DNA of 64,000 nt. It comes from the human T2T-CHM13v2.0 reference genome, Homo sapiens. Below are positions 41,081 through 54,870 of the stretch, piece by piece. The translations under genes and the position numbers were made by a program. The DNA lies in the NCBI RefSeq assembly GCF_009914755.1, contig NC_060938.1, one strand, 5' to 3'. The notes under the pieces are model-generated. The model saw only the letters and a list, made by a program, of their open reading frames with translations, made no database searches and was not told the DNA's origin. Position 1 is the stretch's first letter. Every line of letters starts with the position of its first letter.

Positions 41081-41269
41081 TCATTTTAGACTCTTCTACC
41101 CACTGCCCCATATCTCAGTTGGCTCAGTGGATTCTGCACCCCAAACGTCTCATCATCCATCCCTTCCTCCCTGGCTCGGGCCCTCATCAGTTCTCATCTA
41201 GGCTAGGGTTGGGTTTGGTTTTGGCAGCAGACCTAAAGCAGTCTTCCTAACTCTAGTCTTCCATCCGTT

Positions 41270-42290
41270 CCTTTAAACAAGCACTCAAGTACTCACAGCG
41301 TCCATTATTACACTGTTTTAGGGGTTCCAGCGAAATGCGAGGATGACATGGTCCTTAGCCTTAGGAAGCCTAATTTGTTTCTCAGGAGCTAAACATCCAG
41401 TGTTATTTTCACACTCACTTCATGACAACAGTGATAGGTTGTTCTAAGAAGTGTAAGGAACAATGGTAGGGTATTGCAGCACTGGGGGGCATGTATCAGG
41501 GCGGGCTTCCTAAGAGAGGCATCCGTGAGAGCGTCTTTCTAGTCTGCTCACTGCAGGCGGGTAGGTGGGAGTGGGGAGAGCCATTCGGGCCAGGGAAGCG
41601 TCTAAGAAGCCCTGGGTGGGAAAGAACCTTTAGAGAACTGAAAGAAGGTTGCCTGTGGTGAAAGGGAAAGGAGTAGCGTGGCTTGCAGTAGGACTGGGAG
41701 CGTGTTTTGGGGACATGGTAAGGAGTTTGGTCTTCTTCCTAGGAGCAGTGGGAATACAGGGGAGAATTTTGAGGCAAGGGAGCGACTTGTTCACATTTTT
41801 TGTTTTAAAAGATCACTCTGCTTCCAGGGGGAGGGCAGGTGGGAAGGGCAGTCCAGGGTGGAGGTAGGAGGGTAGAGGTGGGGGGCCATGGCAGTAACCC
41901 AGGGAGAGGCAATGGTGATTCACCCTGGGCGGGGTGTTGGGAGCAAGACGCAGGAGATACTTAGTGGGTAACATCCTGTATTTACATTAAGAGTGGGGAG
42001 AGGGCAGAATCAAGGCTGACGCCCAGGTCTCTGATGCCTGCAACTGGAGATGGCAGGACAGGCCAGGGGGCCTGTGCAGAGATGGCAGTCCAGGCCACGG
42101 GGGAGGTGGTTTGGGCTTGTGGGGTAGGAGGACATATGGGATACAAGCTGAGGTGCTGAGCAGGCTGTCGGTGAAGGTCTGGAGCCCGGGAGATGGCTGG
42201 GCTGGACATAACATTTGCGAGCCATCAGCATCCAGATAGTAATGGGATCCATGGGCACCGATGAGCTCACCCAGGGGAAATTAGACATTT
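41270..42290 (-). mobile_element. L2 fragments
   Basis: L2-like motifs (ggtaaggagtttggtc, ttttaaaagatcactctg, gagccatcagcatccagat). Confidence 0.6.
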
Positions 42291-42489
42291 CGAATGTGCC
42301 TCCTGCAAGACAGATCCAGGCAAAATGGCCTCCTGTTTAAAAGCTGACAGCAGCCCTCCCTCCCACTTTAGCACCCAGGGCCCCACTTATCTTCATCCCT
42401 GAGTGCCCCCAGGTGCCCTTCCTTCGTCGGTGGCTATGTGGTATTTAGTATAAACCTCTGTCATCATGATTATCCCAGAGGCCTGTCAC

Positions 42490-42625
42490 GGAGGTTTATT
42501 TTCAGTCTCCCATTAGATATAAGCTCCTCTGGGCAGACTTTCCTGGGATCGTCTCTGTGTCTTTTGCACCTCAGCAGTGCCTGGCACGTGGTGAGTTTCC
42601 TGGTGAAAGGTGGTTGAATAGATTC
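42490..42625 (+). mobile_element. L2 3' end
   Basis: tagatataagctcc...cagtgcctggcac...gttgaata. Confidence 0.6.
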
Positions 42626-43789
42626 AGGGTCCATCTTATTTATCTTATAGCACCTCCTCAAACACACGCACCAGGCGCCACCAGGCACCATGCCACACAT
42701 GTGACAGGTGCATGCCAAATAAAGCACGCCCACCGCTTCCCTGTGTGCTTGAAACAACGTGTATCAATGTGTATAGTATATACCACATGTGCATATAACT
42801 GTATGTATACCTGCGTATCTACGTGCATTATACACACATGCACACATGTGACATTGAACTCTACCCTTCAGCAAAGAACTGGTAGACTTAGACATTCAGA
42901 AGAGAAGGCTTTCCAGACGAGGGACCTTATTGGTAGAACCCAGAAACATATGAATGCAGGCCCAGGAGACTGGCTTAGTACAGAGACAAAACTTGCCACC
43001 ACAGTTGCTGCTGAATGCCTCTCGCTAGACACCGCTTCACTGGAATCAATAAGTAGAGACGTTTGCAAAAAGCATTTGGTGGTTTCACTGGCTTAAAACA
43101 AATTATTTTCAGCCAAAGTAATTGACACAATGAAGTGGTTTTTGGCAACTCCAGCATTTTTAACAGTAAAAAGGATTTGACTTAAATCGCCCCCCAAAAA
43201 GTTATGTAACATGAATTTTACCATTCTTAGAAAAATATGTTCCAGTTGAGAAACGATTGAATGGAATTAGGACTCTCTTATACTGCAGCATTACTGTGCA
43301 CTTTAGCCCCAGCTGTCTTCATCACAAACACTTGAAAATCCTTAGGAATAGAACTTAGTGATGATGCTTTATCTACTATTGAGTCGCTTATGCTTACCAA
43401 TCCTGTATGCAAAATGTGGCAGCCGCTCCCAGGGGACTGTATGGAGCTATAATAAAGATAATGATCTGTTAGCTCGGCTTCACCGAATTAGTCCTTTAGA
43501 AAGTAATTAAGCAGGATTGCCCACACTCCACTGCTCCCAAAGACTGAAATCTGGCTTGGTGTGTCATTTCTTTGCCTTCCTTGAAAATGGCCTTTTATTG
43601 AGTTGATATAATTTAATTATATAAAAATACGTGTTCAGATTGCATCTTGTACTTAATTATATCTTACGCCACGGAGTTATTTCCCAGCCAGAGCTTGTGC
43701 TGTTAGAAGGTGGGGTCCATGTCTCATTCATGCGTGTATGTGTGTGTTTAGGTGCAGGAGAGGAGGGGAGAGAAATGCTGGCTTTAAAG

Positions 43790-44000
43790 AGTGCTCACCA
43801 AGCATCAGGTGTTGGGCTGAGCATTTTTAATGTATTCTTTTGTTTAATTCTCACAACACCCTTTTGAAGTGGGTCCTATTATTGTCTCCATTTTGACCGA
43901 CAAGGAAACAGAGGCCCAAAACTTTGAGTAACTTGTTCAAGATTGCCTGGCCAGTGTGTTTCAGAGCTGGGGTTTGAAGCCAAGCATTCTGGCTCCACTG
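43790..44000 (-). mobile_element. MIR
   Basis: ttaattctcacaacacc...ggaaacagaggccc...gtaacttgttcaag. Confidence 0.75.
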
Positions 44001-44889
44001 TCCATGGTATACTAAGTACTCAGTTATGCTCGATGAGTGAATGATGGGAAAAAAGATGGGACAGCTATAGACCTGAAAGGGACTTAGGAGATTGTTCTGG
44101 TCTGCCCTTGCCTGTAGGAGAGGCCACACATGGTTTACAAGTGCAGAGCAAAGGCCTTTCCCTTGGATTATTGGAGGAGTCTCTGAACAGATTTCCTTGT
44201 CTTCACCTGTTTTTCTTCAAATCCTACTTCTTCAGCACTTTTAAAAATGGAAACCTCATTTATCTCTGAATTGCCCAGCATCCCCCGGAAGTTCCCCATG
44301 ACTCTTGGGGTTCAGGGCCGATTCTGGGAACCACTTGCCACCTGCTTCCCTGACCCTTTCCTCCCAGGGCCCTGGATGCAGCCACCCTGGACTTCTGGTA
44401 GCTTCTGAAGGTGCCAGGCTGTTGTGTACAGGATTCCACATGCTGAGCGCCCTTGCCTTCCCTGCAGCGTCCCTTCCTACCCCTTCTTCACGGAGCCGCT
44501 CCCTTGTCCTTCAGAACCCTGCTCCCATGCCACGGGAAACCTCAGGGCAGGTAGATGTAGGCGCAGCTCACTGGGTGCCCCTTAGGCCCCAGGCCACGTG
44601 TCTCAGGGCATAGCCAGCTCCACTTAACCGACCAGACCAGGAGGACCTGTAGGATGTCATTCTGGCTCATGTGACTCAGTGGGCTCTCAGTACTAGTTTG
44701 TTGAACAAAAGAGTTCAGAGTGGAAATATTAAATGGTACTTTGAGTCGTGCCTACTTAGGACATTTTAACTTTTCTCTGTTAGCAGCCCGCACCAACTGC
44801 TGTGACTTAGTGTTTGTGAAACTCTTCCGTCTTTCTGTTAACAGTTGTAGTTCTTTCAGTGTTTCATCAGCAGCCATATTCTATTTACT

Positions 44890-45211
44890 TATTCTCTTTC
44901 TTTTCTTCTTCTTCTTTTTTAAATCTTTTGAGGTAGGGCTCAGTCTGTTGCCCAGGCTGGAGCGCAGTGATATGAGCTGGGCTCACTGCAGCCTCGACCT
45001 CCCCAGCCCAAGCAGTCCTCTAGCATCAGCCTCCTAAGTAGCTGGGACTATAGGCACATGCCACCGTGCCCAGCTAATTTTTTTATTTTTTTGTGGAAAT
45101 GGGGTCTCGATTTGTTCCTCAAGCTGGTTTTGAACTCCTGGGCTGAAGTGATCCTCCTGCCTCAACTTCCCAAAGTGTTGGGATTACAGCCATGAGCCAC
45201 TACACCCAGCC
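44890..45211 (-). mobile_element. AluJ
   Basis: Antisense Alu. Confidence 0.9.
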
Positions 45212-45239
45212 CTAGAACCCTTTTTTTTTCAAAAAAAAA

Positions 45240-45535
45240 TTTAATCATGGTAAAATACATATAAAATTTAGCATCTTACACATTTTTAAGTGTACAGTTC
45301 ATGGCGCTAAGTACATTCACATTGTTGTGCAGCCATCACTGCCATCCATCTGCAGAACTTTTCATCTTCCCAAACTGAAATCTGTCCCCATTACATAATT
45401 CCCCACTCTCCCCCGCCAGCTCCTGGTCCAGCATTCGACTTTCTTGTCTCTGTGCATTTGACTACTTTAGATATCTCATGTAAGTGGAATCACACAATAT
45501 TTGTCTTTTTAGGAGTGGCTTACTTCAGTTTCAGA
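45240..45535 (-). mobile_element. L1MB 3' end
   Basis: catttttaagtgtacagttc...agtacattcacattgttgtgcagccatcac. Confidence 0.85.
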
Positions 45536-45726
45536 ATGTTTTTTTGAAAACAATAGTTTCATGAAGTTACAGAATCCTAAACTGAATGTTTAACTAAAAG
45601 GTTCAAAGCCCTGGGCAAGAAGTGGGATAATTACCTGCACATTTGAGGCTGTCAGAACGCCTGAAGATGTGTCACCGGATCACACCCACGTGCATTACAA
45701 GCAGCCCTGCTCAGCCTCCTGTGTAA

Positions 45727-46051
<325 letters not shown>

Positions 46052-46674
46052 AGTCTCTGGAATCTCTAATGGAAAGTGTGCTCCTTCCCCCAAGCAAGAG
46101 CCAGTACAAGACCACTCTCAAGAAGGGTAGTGCCAAGTATGAGGAGACAGGGCATGGATTCAGAGCTGCCCTTCACACCCAAGCACAGCAACACTGGCTG
46201 CTCTGACAAGCCAAGAAGGGTGACAAGTGTCTAAGCTCTTTTAGGAATGGAGAGCTGGGAAAAAATTTAGAGCTGTTTAGAAAAATGATGAGGGGCATAT
46301 GTTTGCTAAAGAAATTTCATGACATATGCCTTCTGATCGCCAATAACATGCATTCTCTCCCAATTAGCTAAGAATCTAAGAAGAGAAACAGCAGATGCAG
46401 GACCCGGGATCTAGGAAGGATCTGGACTGGAGTCTTGGAATATCTCTGAGTTTTTGTTTTTTTTTAAGGATTGCTTTTGTACGTTTGGCACCGTTTGATG
46501 CCGTGAACGCCTGATTGGAGCATCTCATTTGCAGGACTGTTTAAAGAGACAAGCAGGCACAGGCTGCACACGTGCAGACGAATAATGAACTCTTGAGAAT
46601 TAGCACAAAAGATTACGTGCATTCTTTCGTGATCCTCTGTAATCTACCACCAAATTACTTTCCCAGAGTTGGAG

Positions 46675-46800
46675 TGCATAGGCTTTGGAGACAGACACAT
46701 CTGGGTTGCAGCCTTGATTCTGCTGTTCAATGAAATGACTGTGTGAACTTGGATAATTACTTATTCTTTCCTGGCCTCAGTTTCCTCAGCTCTAACAAGG
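46675..46800 (+). mobile_element. MIR
   Basis: ggctttggag...gtgtgaacttgga...gcctcagtttcctca. Confidence 0.7.
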
Positions 46801-46899
46801 AGAGCTGGCTGCAAGGCGATTCTAGAGAGTCCTGGCAGGAAGCAATGGTGCCCTCAATGGCCAATTTAAGGCGATTGTGACAAAGTCACTGTTGTGAAG

Positions 46900-47200
46900 G
46901 TTGGTGCAAGGTATAGGGAGACCACAAGGGCTGGGGTAGTGGCCAGGACTGGTACAGCAGGCACAGTCCCACCCTAGGCCTGAAGGGGCAGAGGGGCAGT
47001 TACCAGACCTGGGTTCAGAGAGGGCTGGGTGGACAGAGCCGCCAGACAGGAGCTGTGACAGCAACCCTACCCCAGGAAGAAACCCTGACCTCACTCCCCT
47101 CCCTCCTTCCCCTCCACTGCTCCTACCCAAGGGGAAGCCTGTTGATGCAGCCCACGCAGGGGAGAGAGGGTGGAGACGGGGTCTGCAGGGCAGGCTTGAG
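46900..47200. mobile_element. ERVL LTR41-like fragment
   Basis: caccctaggcctgaaggggca...gttaccaga resembles LTR41-family sequence. Confidence 0.4.
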
Positions 47201-48274
47201 AGCTCCAGCACAGCGTTGTCTAGAATCAAGATGCTAGGACTTAGTAGTAAGTGTCACCTTAGTGTTGTCTTGATGGTTACAGCTGGGTTGACTTATCCTC
47301 ATTCCTGATGCCTAGTAGGTATCTCATAAATGTTAGATTTGTGGTCTTACCACACCCCTCTGCTTACTGTGTGCCAAGAGTTTCCAGGACTCTGTGGTCA
47401 TGCTTTATCAGTCACGAGCCCCTCCTTTTTCCGTATTTAAATACTGTTCATGCCTTAAGACCCGGCCTACAGACTATCCCTGGGGTGAAGTCTTCCCTCA
47501 TCTGTCCCGGATTACTTGGTCTTTCCTCTGCGTTTCTGAATTATGATACATACCGCTCTGATCACTGCTGGTTTCCCTCTGCCCTGCACCGTGGTCAGCT
47601 GTGAGGGCCTTTGTTGCCACCATCAGCTAGTGAGTTCCTTGAGGGCAGGGGCGCTGTGTTGTCTTTTTCTTTCGTTTGCTTCTTTCCCCTGCTCTGCACA
47701 GTGCCTCGCAGGGAGTTTGTCTCCAGTACATTCTTGTTGAATGAAAAATCAGATGCTGAAATTATGCAAAGAGCTGTGTTATCTTTAAATTATTATAAGA
47801 GACAAGGAGAGAACTTCTGGATCCTGAGAAGCTTTTCAGTAATACCAGAAACATTTCTTCATTGTGTACGGTAATAAAATAACACACAGTCATAGGTGGC
47901 AAAGCCTCCTAATTACTGTAGGTTGGAGTCAGAGTGTAAGAACTTCCAGCATTCATGGATCACATATATTATATACGTATTTAGTGAAAAACAATATATA
48001 TTATTTAATTTTGTTTATTTTTCTATTTTTGTTCAAAATGGTCTCTAAATGCAGGCCAACCACGGTGTGTATTTAACTCCCCAAACAGGAATCTATTCCA
48101 GTCTTGGAGGGATTTGCTGAGAGATGATACAGTTTACACAAAACCACGTATGCTCCACACTGTGGACTATCTGGGGAATTTTTCAAGAGTAATTTCAACA
48201 CACTCTATTTTCCATCCAATTCACTGCCCTTAGAACATAACCCCAATATAAAATGATCTCCTTTCTAATATTTT

Positions 48275-48490
48275 ACAGTTTTTAAAGCACCTTCAGATCT
48301 GTTTCTCACTTAATTCTCACAACCAAACTCTAAGGTAAGTAAAATACTACTTTATCATATTTATCTTACATGTAATCAGGGAAGCTGATGGGTGCTGAGT
48401 AACTTAGCCAAGGCCAAATAGTTCAGTGAGGACCACATCTCGATCCTAGGTCTCCCGAGAAAAACCCCAGGTTTCTTTGAACTATACCAA
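48275..48490 (-). mobile_element. MIR
   Basis: ttaattctcacaacc...agtaacttagccaagg. Confidence 0.6.
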
Positions 48491-50197
48491 GTGGCTTTCT
48501 ATTTGTTGTCTCCATGTTAGCATCCGTGTTGACCTGGTAATCTATACCTTTATAAAAAGAGAAAATACGCTATAGATAATTGAATTTTTGCAAATTTTGT
48601 TATTTTTTTCCCTGCACCTTGAAAATTGTTATGCCCTGCTTTAAGAAACCCCGACATTCTGTAACATTTTCTGAACATTTTCAATTCCCCTATCTGCTTA
48701 AATATCATATTTATCAAACTTTGACCTTGTTCTTCAGGCCACATTGTAGGTAAAGTGGCTTGTTTTTTATTTTATTTATTTATTTATTTAATTCCTGTTC
48801 TCCCTCAAAGCACAATCTGCTGTATGTTAAAGGGGCGGGGAAGCTGCTGACTTTGCAGTAGCGCATACTTACTCACGCAATTTTCCATTCTGGCTGAAGT
48901 AAGGGATGAGACAGCATGCCCAGAAGCTGTGTCCAGCACTTGGACAGGCGCCCTGGTCGGCACCCTGGGAACCTCGGCCGTGCACTGCCAGCTTTCTGGG
49001 TCCATCCCAGCCCTGGGTGTATGGCAGATGCCTTGAGATTTAACAGCCCTTGAGTCAGGCCTGCAACGTCTTATCTGCGATTTCAACATCCAGAAAGCTG
49101 TGAAACCCAGATGTTTTTTGGTAACTTGTTTGCTAGTTGGATTTGGCCTGATCTGAAATCATTTGATGGGTGGGGAGAACTCCTCTGAATTGAAACATGT
49201 GGCTTTTAATCGTTTGTGTTCATTTCTTTTAGTGTGAAAGTTCTGCTTTTCTGTAGAGGTATTTTTGAATGTGACTATGGGTCTTGTCCTAGGCCCTTCT
49301 GGGATATTGGCTAATGTATGGTGTATGCCCTGGACTTCCGTTTTAAAGTCTGAATCTGAGTTCAAAAACATTTCAGGCCCCAGGGATTTGAGGAAGGGTT
49401 TCCAGACCAGTATAACCAGACAGCCGAGCCGGCCCTGTACCGCGTCTGGTTCCTGGGTGGTTCCTGCTGCAATGCGGCCCAGTCAGGGCACTGCTGCTGA
49501 CTTGTATCTGCGGACACTCCCCAGTGTTTGAGTGATGTTTACGTGGAAGCCTGGCGTGTAGGAAGCTGGCGCCCCTGGGGGAACTGCAAGGCCATTTTAC
49601 AGCATTCACCTGTCACCGTGTCCTTCAGAACCAGCCAGATGCTACAGAGCCAGGCTGTACCAGAGTCCAGGCCCATGAAAACAAAGTTCAGGGAGACTCT
49701 GTTGACTTTGCTAAATTCATGGGTTCCTTCCTTCCTTCATTTCTTTGTTCAACAGGAATTTATGTATCTGCCATAAGAAGACCTGTGCTTGGCTTGTGAA
49801 AAGTAACAGTGACACTTCACATGAGTGTAACATCTGCGGTTTATGGTTTTGTTGCAGTGTTTCATTTCGTCCTCGCAACCATTCAGTGGACCAGCTGGTG
49901 TTGGCCCTTTTCATAGATGAGGAAACTGAGGGCTAAATAGCTTCTCCACATCTGCAGATTCCAATCCTCGTGGCTTTTCCTGTTCTGCGGCTTTCATAGG
50001 CCCTCTGCATTATTTGTTAAGACTCAGCTATTTTCTAACCCCAACCCACTTGAAGCAGTGGCTTTTTCAGATACCCGGGACAAATCACGTGACCTTGTGG
50101 CTCAGTTTTCTATGCCATAAAGTGGGATTCCTTCCTAATCCTTGCAACTCTTAAGTGAAATAATCTATGTGACTGCTTTGTGAATTGTGAAACTCAA

Positions 50198-50408
50198 TCT
50201 GGTGACTATAGTTAATAATAACATATTACATGTTTCAAAATTGCTAAAGGAGTGGATCTTAAATGTTCTCAGCACAAAAAAATGATACATATGTGATGTG
50301 ATGGGTATGTTAATTAGCTTGATGTAATCATCCACATACATATACATGTATCAAAGCATTGCATTGTACCCCCTAAATATATACAATTATTGTCAGTTAA
50401 AGAAAAAA
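50198..50408 (+). mobile_element. L1MA-type 3' end
   Basis: ggtgactatagttaataat...tatgttaattagcttgat...aaatatatacaatt. Confidence 0.8.
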
Positions 50409-50601
50409 CTCTGATCACATGGTAAAGTATTTCTGATTCTTCTTCCTCTTTTCCTACATCCAGATATGTCTGTCTGGGATCCCATATGGTGGTTCTCCCC
50501 GTCTCTTATGATGTTCACCTCATACACGGTTGACCCTTGAACAACGCAGGGGTTAGGGGGTGCTGAGCCCTAGCACAGTTAAAAATTCATGTATAATAGG
50601 G

Positions 50602-50780
50602 TTTTTTTTTTTGTTTTTTTGGGTTTTTGTTTTTTGAAACAGGGTCTCGCTCTATCACCCAGGCTAGAGTGCAGTGGTTGATCACAGCTCACTGCAGCCT
50701 TGACTCACTGGGCTCAAGTGATCCACCCACGTCGGCCTCCCAAAGTTCTGGGATTACAGGTTCGAGCCACTGTGCCTTGT
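50602..50780 (-). mobile_element. Monomer-length Alu (left-arm 5' joined to right-arm 3')
   Basis: Right-arm end continues directly into the left-arm ggcctcccaaagt. Confidence 0.8.
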
Positions 50781-50956
50781 GTTGAGTGTAACATTTGACT
50801 CCTCAAAGTCTTAACTACTAACAGCTTACTATTGACCGGAACCTTACCAATAATACAAGCAGTCGATTAACACATATTTTGTATGTTATATGTATTGTAT
50901 ACTGTATTCTTACAATACAGTGAGCTAGGGAAAGGAAAATGTTACTAAGAAAATCA

Positions 50957-51290
50957 AGCCGAGTTGGGTGGCTCATGCCTGTAATCCCAACACTTTGGGT
51001 GGCCAAGGCGGGAGGATCACTTGACCCTAGGAGTTTTAGATCAGCCTGGGCAACACGACAAAACCCTGTCTCTACCAAAAAAAAAAAAAAAAAATTAGCC
51101 AGGCTTTGTGGCACGAACCTATAGTCCCAGCTACTTAAGAGGCTGGGGTGGAGGATTGCTTGAAACTGGAAGGTTGAGGCTGCAGTGAGCCAAGATCACA
51201 TCCCTGCACTCCAGACTAGGCAACAGGAATGAGACTATGTCTCAAAAAGAGAGAGAGAGAGAAAGGAAGGAAAGAAAGAAAATAAAGAAA
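50957..51290 (+). mobile_element. AluJ
   Basis: Sense Alu with GA-rich tail, TSD-like aagaaaatca. Confidence 0.9.
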
Positions 51291-52863
51291 AATCATAAGG
51301 AAGAGAAAATACATGTACTATTCATAAGTGGCAGTGGATCATCACAAAGGTCTTCAACCTCATTGTCTTCACATTGAATAGGCTGAGGAGGAGGAAGGGT
51401 TGGTCTTGCTGTCTCAGAGGTGGCACAGGTGGCAGAAAATTCCTGTGTAAGTGGATCTGCGCAGTTGAAACCCACAGTGTTCAAGAGTCACCCGTACTTA
51501 TTTCTCTACTCTCCTGTCTGACATCTCAAGAGCTAAGCCCCCTTGGTATTCATTCATCTTTGAGAACTCTGCATTGCCTAGTTTAATAGGTGAACAGTAC
51601 GTGTGTGTTGGAGTTTGTACAGTGGGGAGATGTATTGCTGGTAATTCAGGGGGTTAGGGTTGCTGATGCAGTCAGGGAGGCCTGACTGTGCATGCCCAGC
51701 CCCTTCATCACCAGGCGCCATGTGGGTGCCCAACCAAAGACATTCATGAGGCTGTCTCTCTGTGATAACGAAACAGCTGGACATACACTGAGAAAGGAAG
51801 TCAGCCAAATGAATATTTTCTAACCTAACTCTAAAAAGGTAGATGCCAGGCAGCATCCAGGTGACGATGCTTTTTTGAGGCTGACATAGTGGTACACAGC
51901 ATTGAGGTGCTGTCAGATCTCTTCCCTGCCGTCCACCTCCCAGTGACCCTTCCTCGGCTGCACAATGCGCCTCCCCACATGCATTGTCCCACGGCCCTCC
52001 CTGTACAATCGGCTCTTCACTTTGCCTGGCTCAGAGGTGTCTTCCATACCAAAGAGGCTCAGAGTGTCAGGATTTAGGGGAGGTTGGAAGCAGGTGGGGT
52101 AGGGAGGGGAGTCAGCCTTCCTCCTCTGCAGGGTTGCAGAAAGTTTCAGGGGTCAAGGAAATAATAAACACCTTTGAATAGAGGCTCAGAATTGTTTGTT
52201 TGGAGTTCCCAGTGACTAGTATCTCAGCTGCCAACAGCTTTGATGCAATTTACTTTTCTTTAGCTGAACATTCTTACGTGGTTTTAAAAGCAAGTAAACA
52301 GATAAAGTGTTTCTAAGTGTAATAATTCTCTTTCCTGATGCATAGCTAACAAGCAGTGAGCAGGCAGAGGGGCCCTAAACCAAAGGCTCTCTCATTTACT
52401 CTGTAAAAAATCTGTTCCACACTGCGTAACCTCCACATCCTTCTCCTAAGGCTGAATAAATTGGGTGCCACCCTTTGAAATGTAGTACTCTGTTTGGCCC
52501 AGGAACCGTAGTTAGCCGTCTTTCTTGAGGAAAGCTGATTAATCTTGTTTTGCCAAGCAGAAGGATTATGGGTATGCCTGAACCACTTTTGTACGCTTTG
52601 AAATATCAGCCCTGTCAATTTTGTGTTTCTCAGTGAGGGAGGAACAGGGGACGGTCTCACGCAAGAGAAATCCTGGCTTTTGATTTAAGGAAAAAACCCC
52701 CAGCCACTTAGCTTTTTTTCTTTTTAATCATTATCTTCAAGACAAAAATTCAAATACCCTAACATGTACAATTATATAGTGTTTTGGTTGTAGAAAATAT
52801 CATTTGGTAGATTATCAAGACTGACAAAAATAACTATCTTTACCTATTAAAAACGATTGAGAT

Positions 52864-53148
52864 GGCCAGGTGTGGTGGCTCACGCCTGTAATCCCAGCAC
52901 TGTGGGAGGCCGAGGCAGAAGGATTGCCTGAGCCCAGGAGTTTGAGACCAGCCTAGGTCGCATAGTGAGACCCGGTCTCTATAAAAATTTAGCCAGTTGT
53001 GGTGGCGTGTGCCTGTAGTCCCAGTTACTTGGGAGGCTGAGGTGGGAGGATCGCTTGAGCCTGGGAAGATAGTTGCTGCAGTGAGCTACAATCATGCCAC
53101 AGCTCTCCAGCCTGGGAGGCAGAGCAAGACTCTGTCTTAAAAAAAAAA
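52864..53148 (+). mobile_element. AluJ
   Basis: Sense dimeric Alu. Confidence 0.9.
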
Positions 53149-53692
53149 TTTTTTTTTAACTATAGAGATGGAGGAGGACTGGCTATTTTGCAGATCATTA
53201 TACCAATCCTAATCAATAGCTAGTTATCAACAATTTCATCAACTCAATTGGAATTGAGACTTGAGTTTAGACAAGCTGAATATTTATTTTTATGCTCCAG
53301 AAAACCTGACCCAAGAATCCCTTTTACATCTGCCAGGAGGTTGCTGGTGCCTGGGTCAGCTGCCCGGAGCACACTGTGCCTGCGTGGAGACCTTTCTTAG
53401 CAGACGAAGGCCAGCAGCATCAGAGCAGTGCAAATTGCAAGCCCAAGATCTAAAACAGATGATGAAGAGCTATGTATTTGTCACTGTATCCTTCCACGGT
53501 GTTTTATGCTATTGTAACTTCAAGAGTTGACACAGTTCTTTCCCCAACACTAAAACATGAAAGGGTCAGGTAGAGCTGTTGCCATTTTCATGGAAACCTA
53601 GAGTTGTAAAGGACCTCGGAAGATTCAGGACTAGATTTCATCTTAAAAGAGACATTGAAAACCAGTAACTCAAAAGGAAGGTCAAAGGAACT

Positions 53693-53994
53693 TATTTTAT
53701 TTTTATTTAAATTTTTTTAGGGACCAGATCTCGCTTTGTCACTCAGGCTGGAGTGCAGTTTCTTGGCATGATCCTGGCTCACTATAATCTCGAACTCCTG
53801 GGCTCAAGCAATCCTCACAAGTAGCTAGACTACAAATGTGCCCCACCAAGTCCAGATAATTTTTTTTCTAAATTTTGTAGTGCTGGGATCTTGCTGTGTT
53901 GCCCAGACCAGTCTCAAACTCCTGGTCTCAAGTGCTCTTCCTGCCTTGGCCTGCCGAAGTGCTGGGGTTACAGACATGAGCCACTGTGCCTGGC
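53693..53994 (-). mobile_element. AluJ
   Basis: Diverged antisense Alu. Confidence 0.85.
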
Positions 53995-54279
53995 TGGAAA
54001 GTATTTTATTGTAAAGCATTTTAAAATTAATAGGTCATGAAACTATAAAACAAAGAATAGATTGCATAATGGATTGTGTGAAAATACAAGTTAAAGCTAT
54101 TTTACAGAGCAGTTAGAGGCTTGTCTCATACCTCATCTGAGGCTCCAGTGAATCCCACCCCAAATGGACCAGTTAGCATGCAGCCAATAAGACATCTTCC
54201 TGGGCCACAGACAGGTCCTCTTGTGCAGGACAGCTGTCATGCACATGGGGCTCAATGGATGTTATTCTTACAGCGACCT

Positions 54280-54470
54280 CGTGCCAAGCACTATGCTAGC
54301 ATATATGCTCTTCATTTATTGCAGTAATCCTTGGAGGGTAGGTTGGATTACCTTGGATTTACAGATAGAACAGCTGAGCTCAGAGAGGGAAATGGAATTA
54401 CTCAGGGTCACACAGCTAGGGAGGGGCAGAGCCAGTATTCAGCCTGGTTTGTGTGATTCCAGAACCTTCC
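54280..54470 (-). mobile_element. MIR
   Basis: tttacagataga...tgagctcagaga...gtcacacagctag. Confidence 0.7.
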
Positions 54471-54495
54471 TGTGGAGCCCATACTCGTGGCTTGA

Positions 54496-54870
<375 letters not shown>

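Larger units (their letters stand above)
50527..51494 (+). mobile_element. Tigger2a-like DNA transposon with two nested Alus
   Basis: TIRs cggttgacccttgaacaac ... gtgttcaagagtcacccg followed by TA. Body gtcgattaacacatattttgtatgttatatgtatt. Confidence 0.8.
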
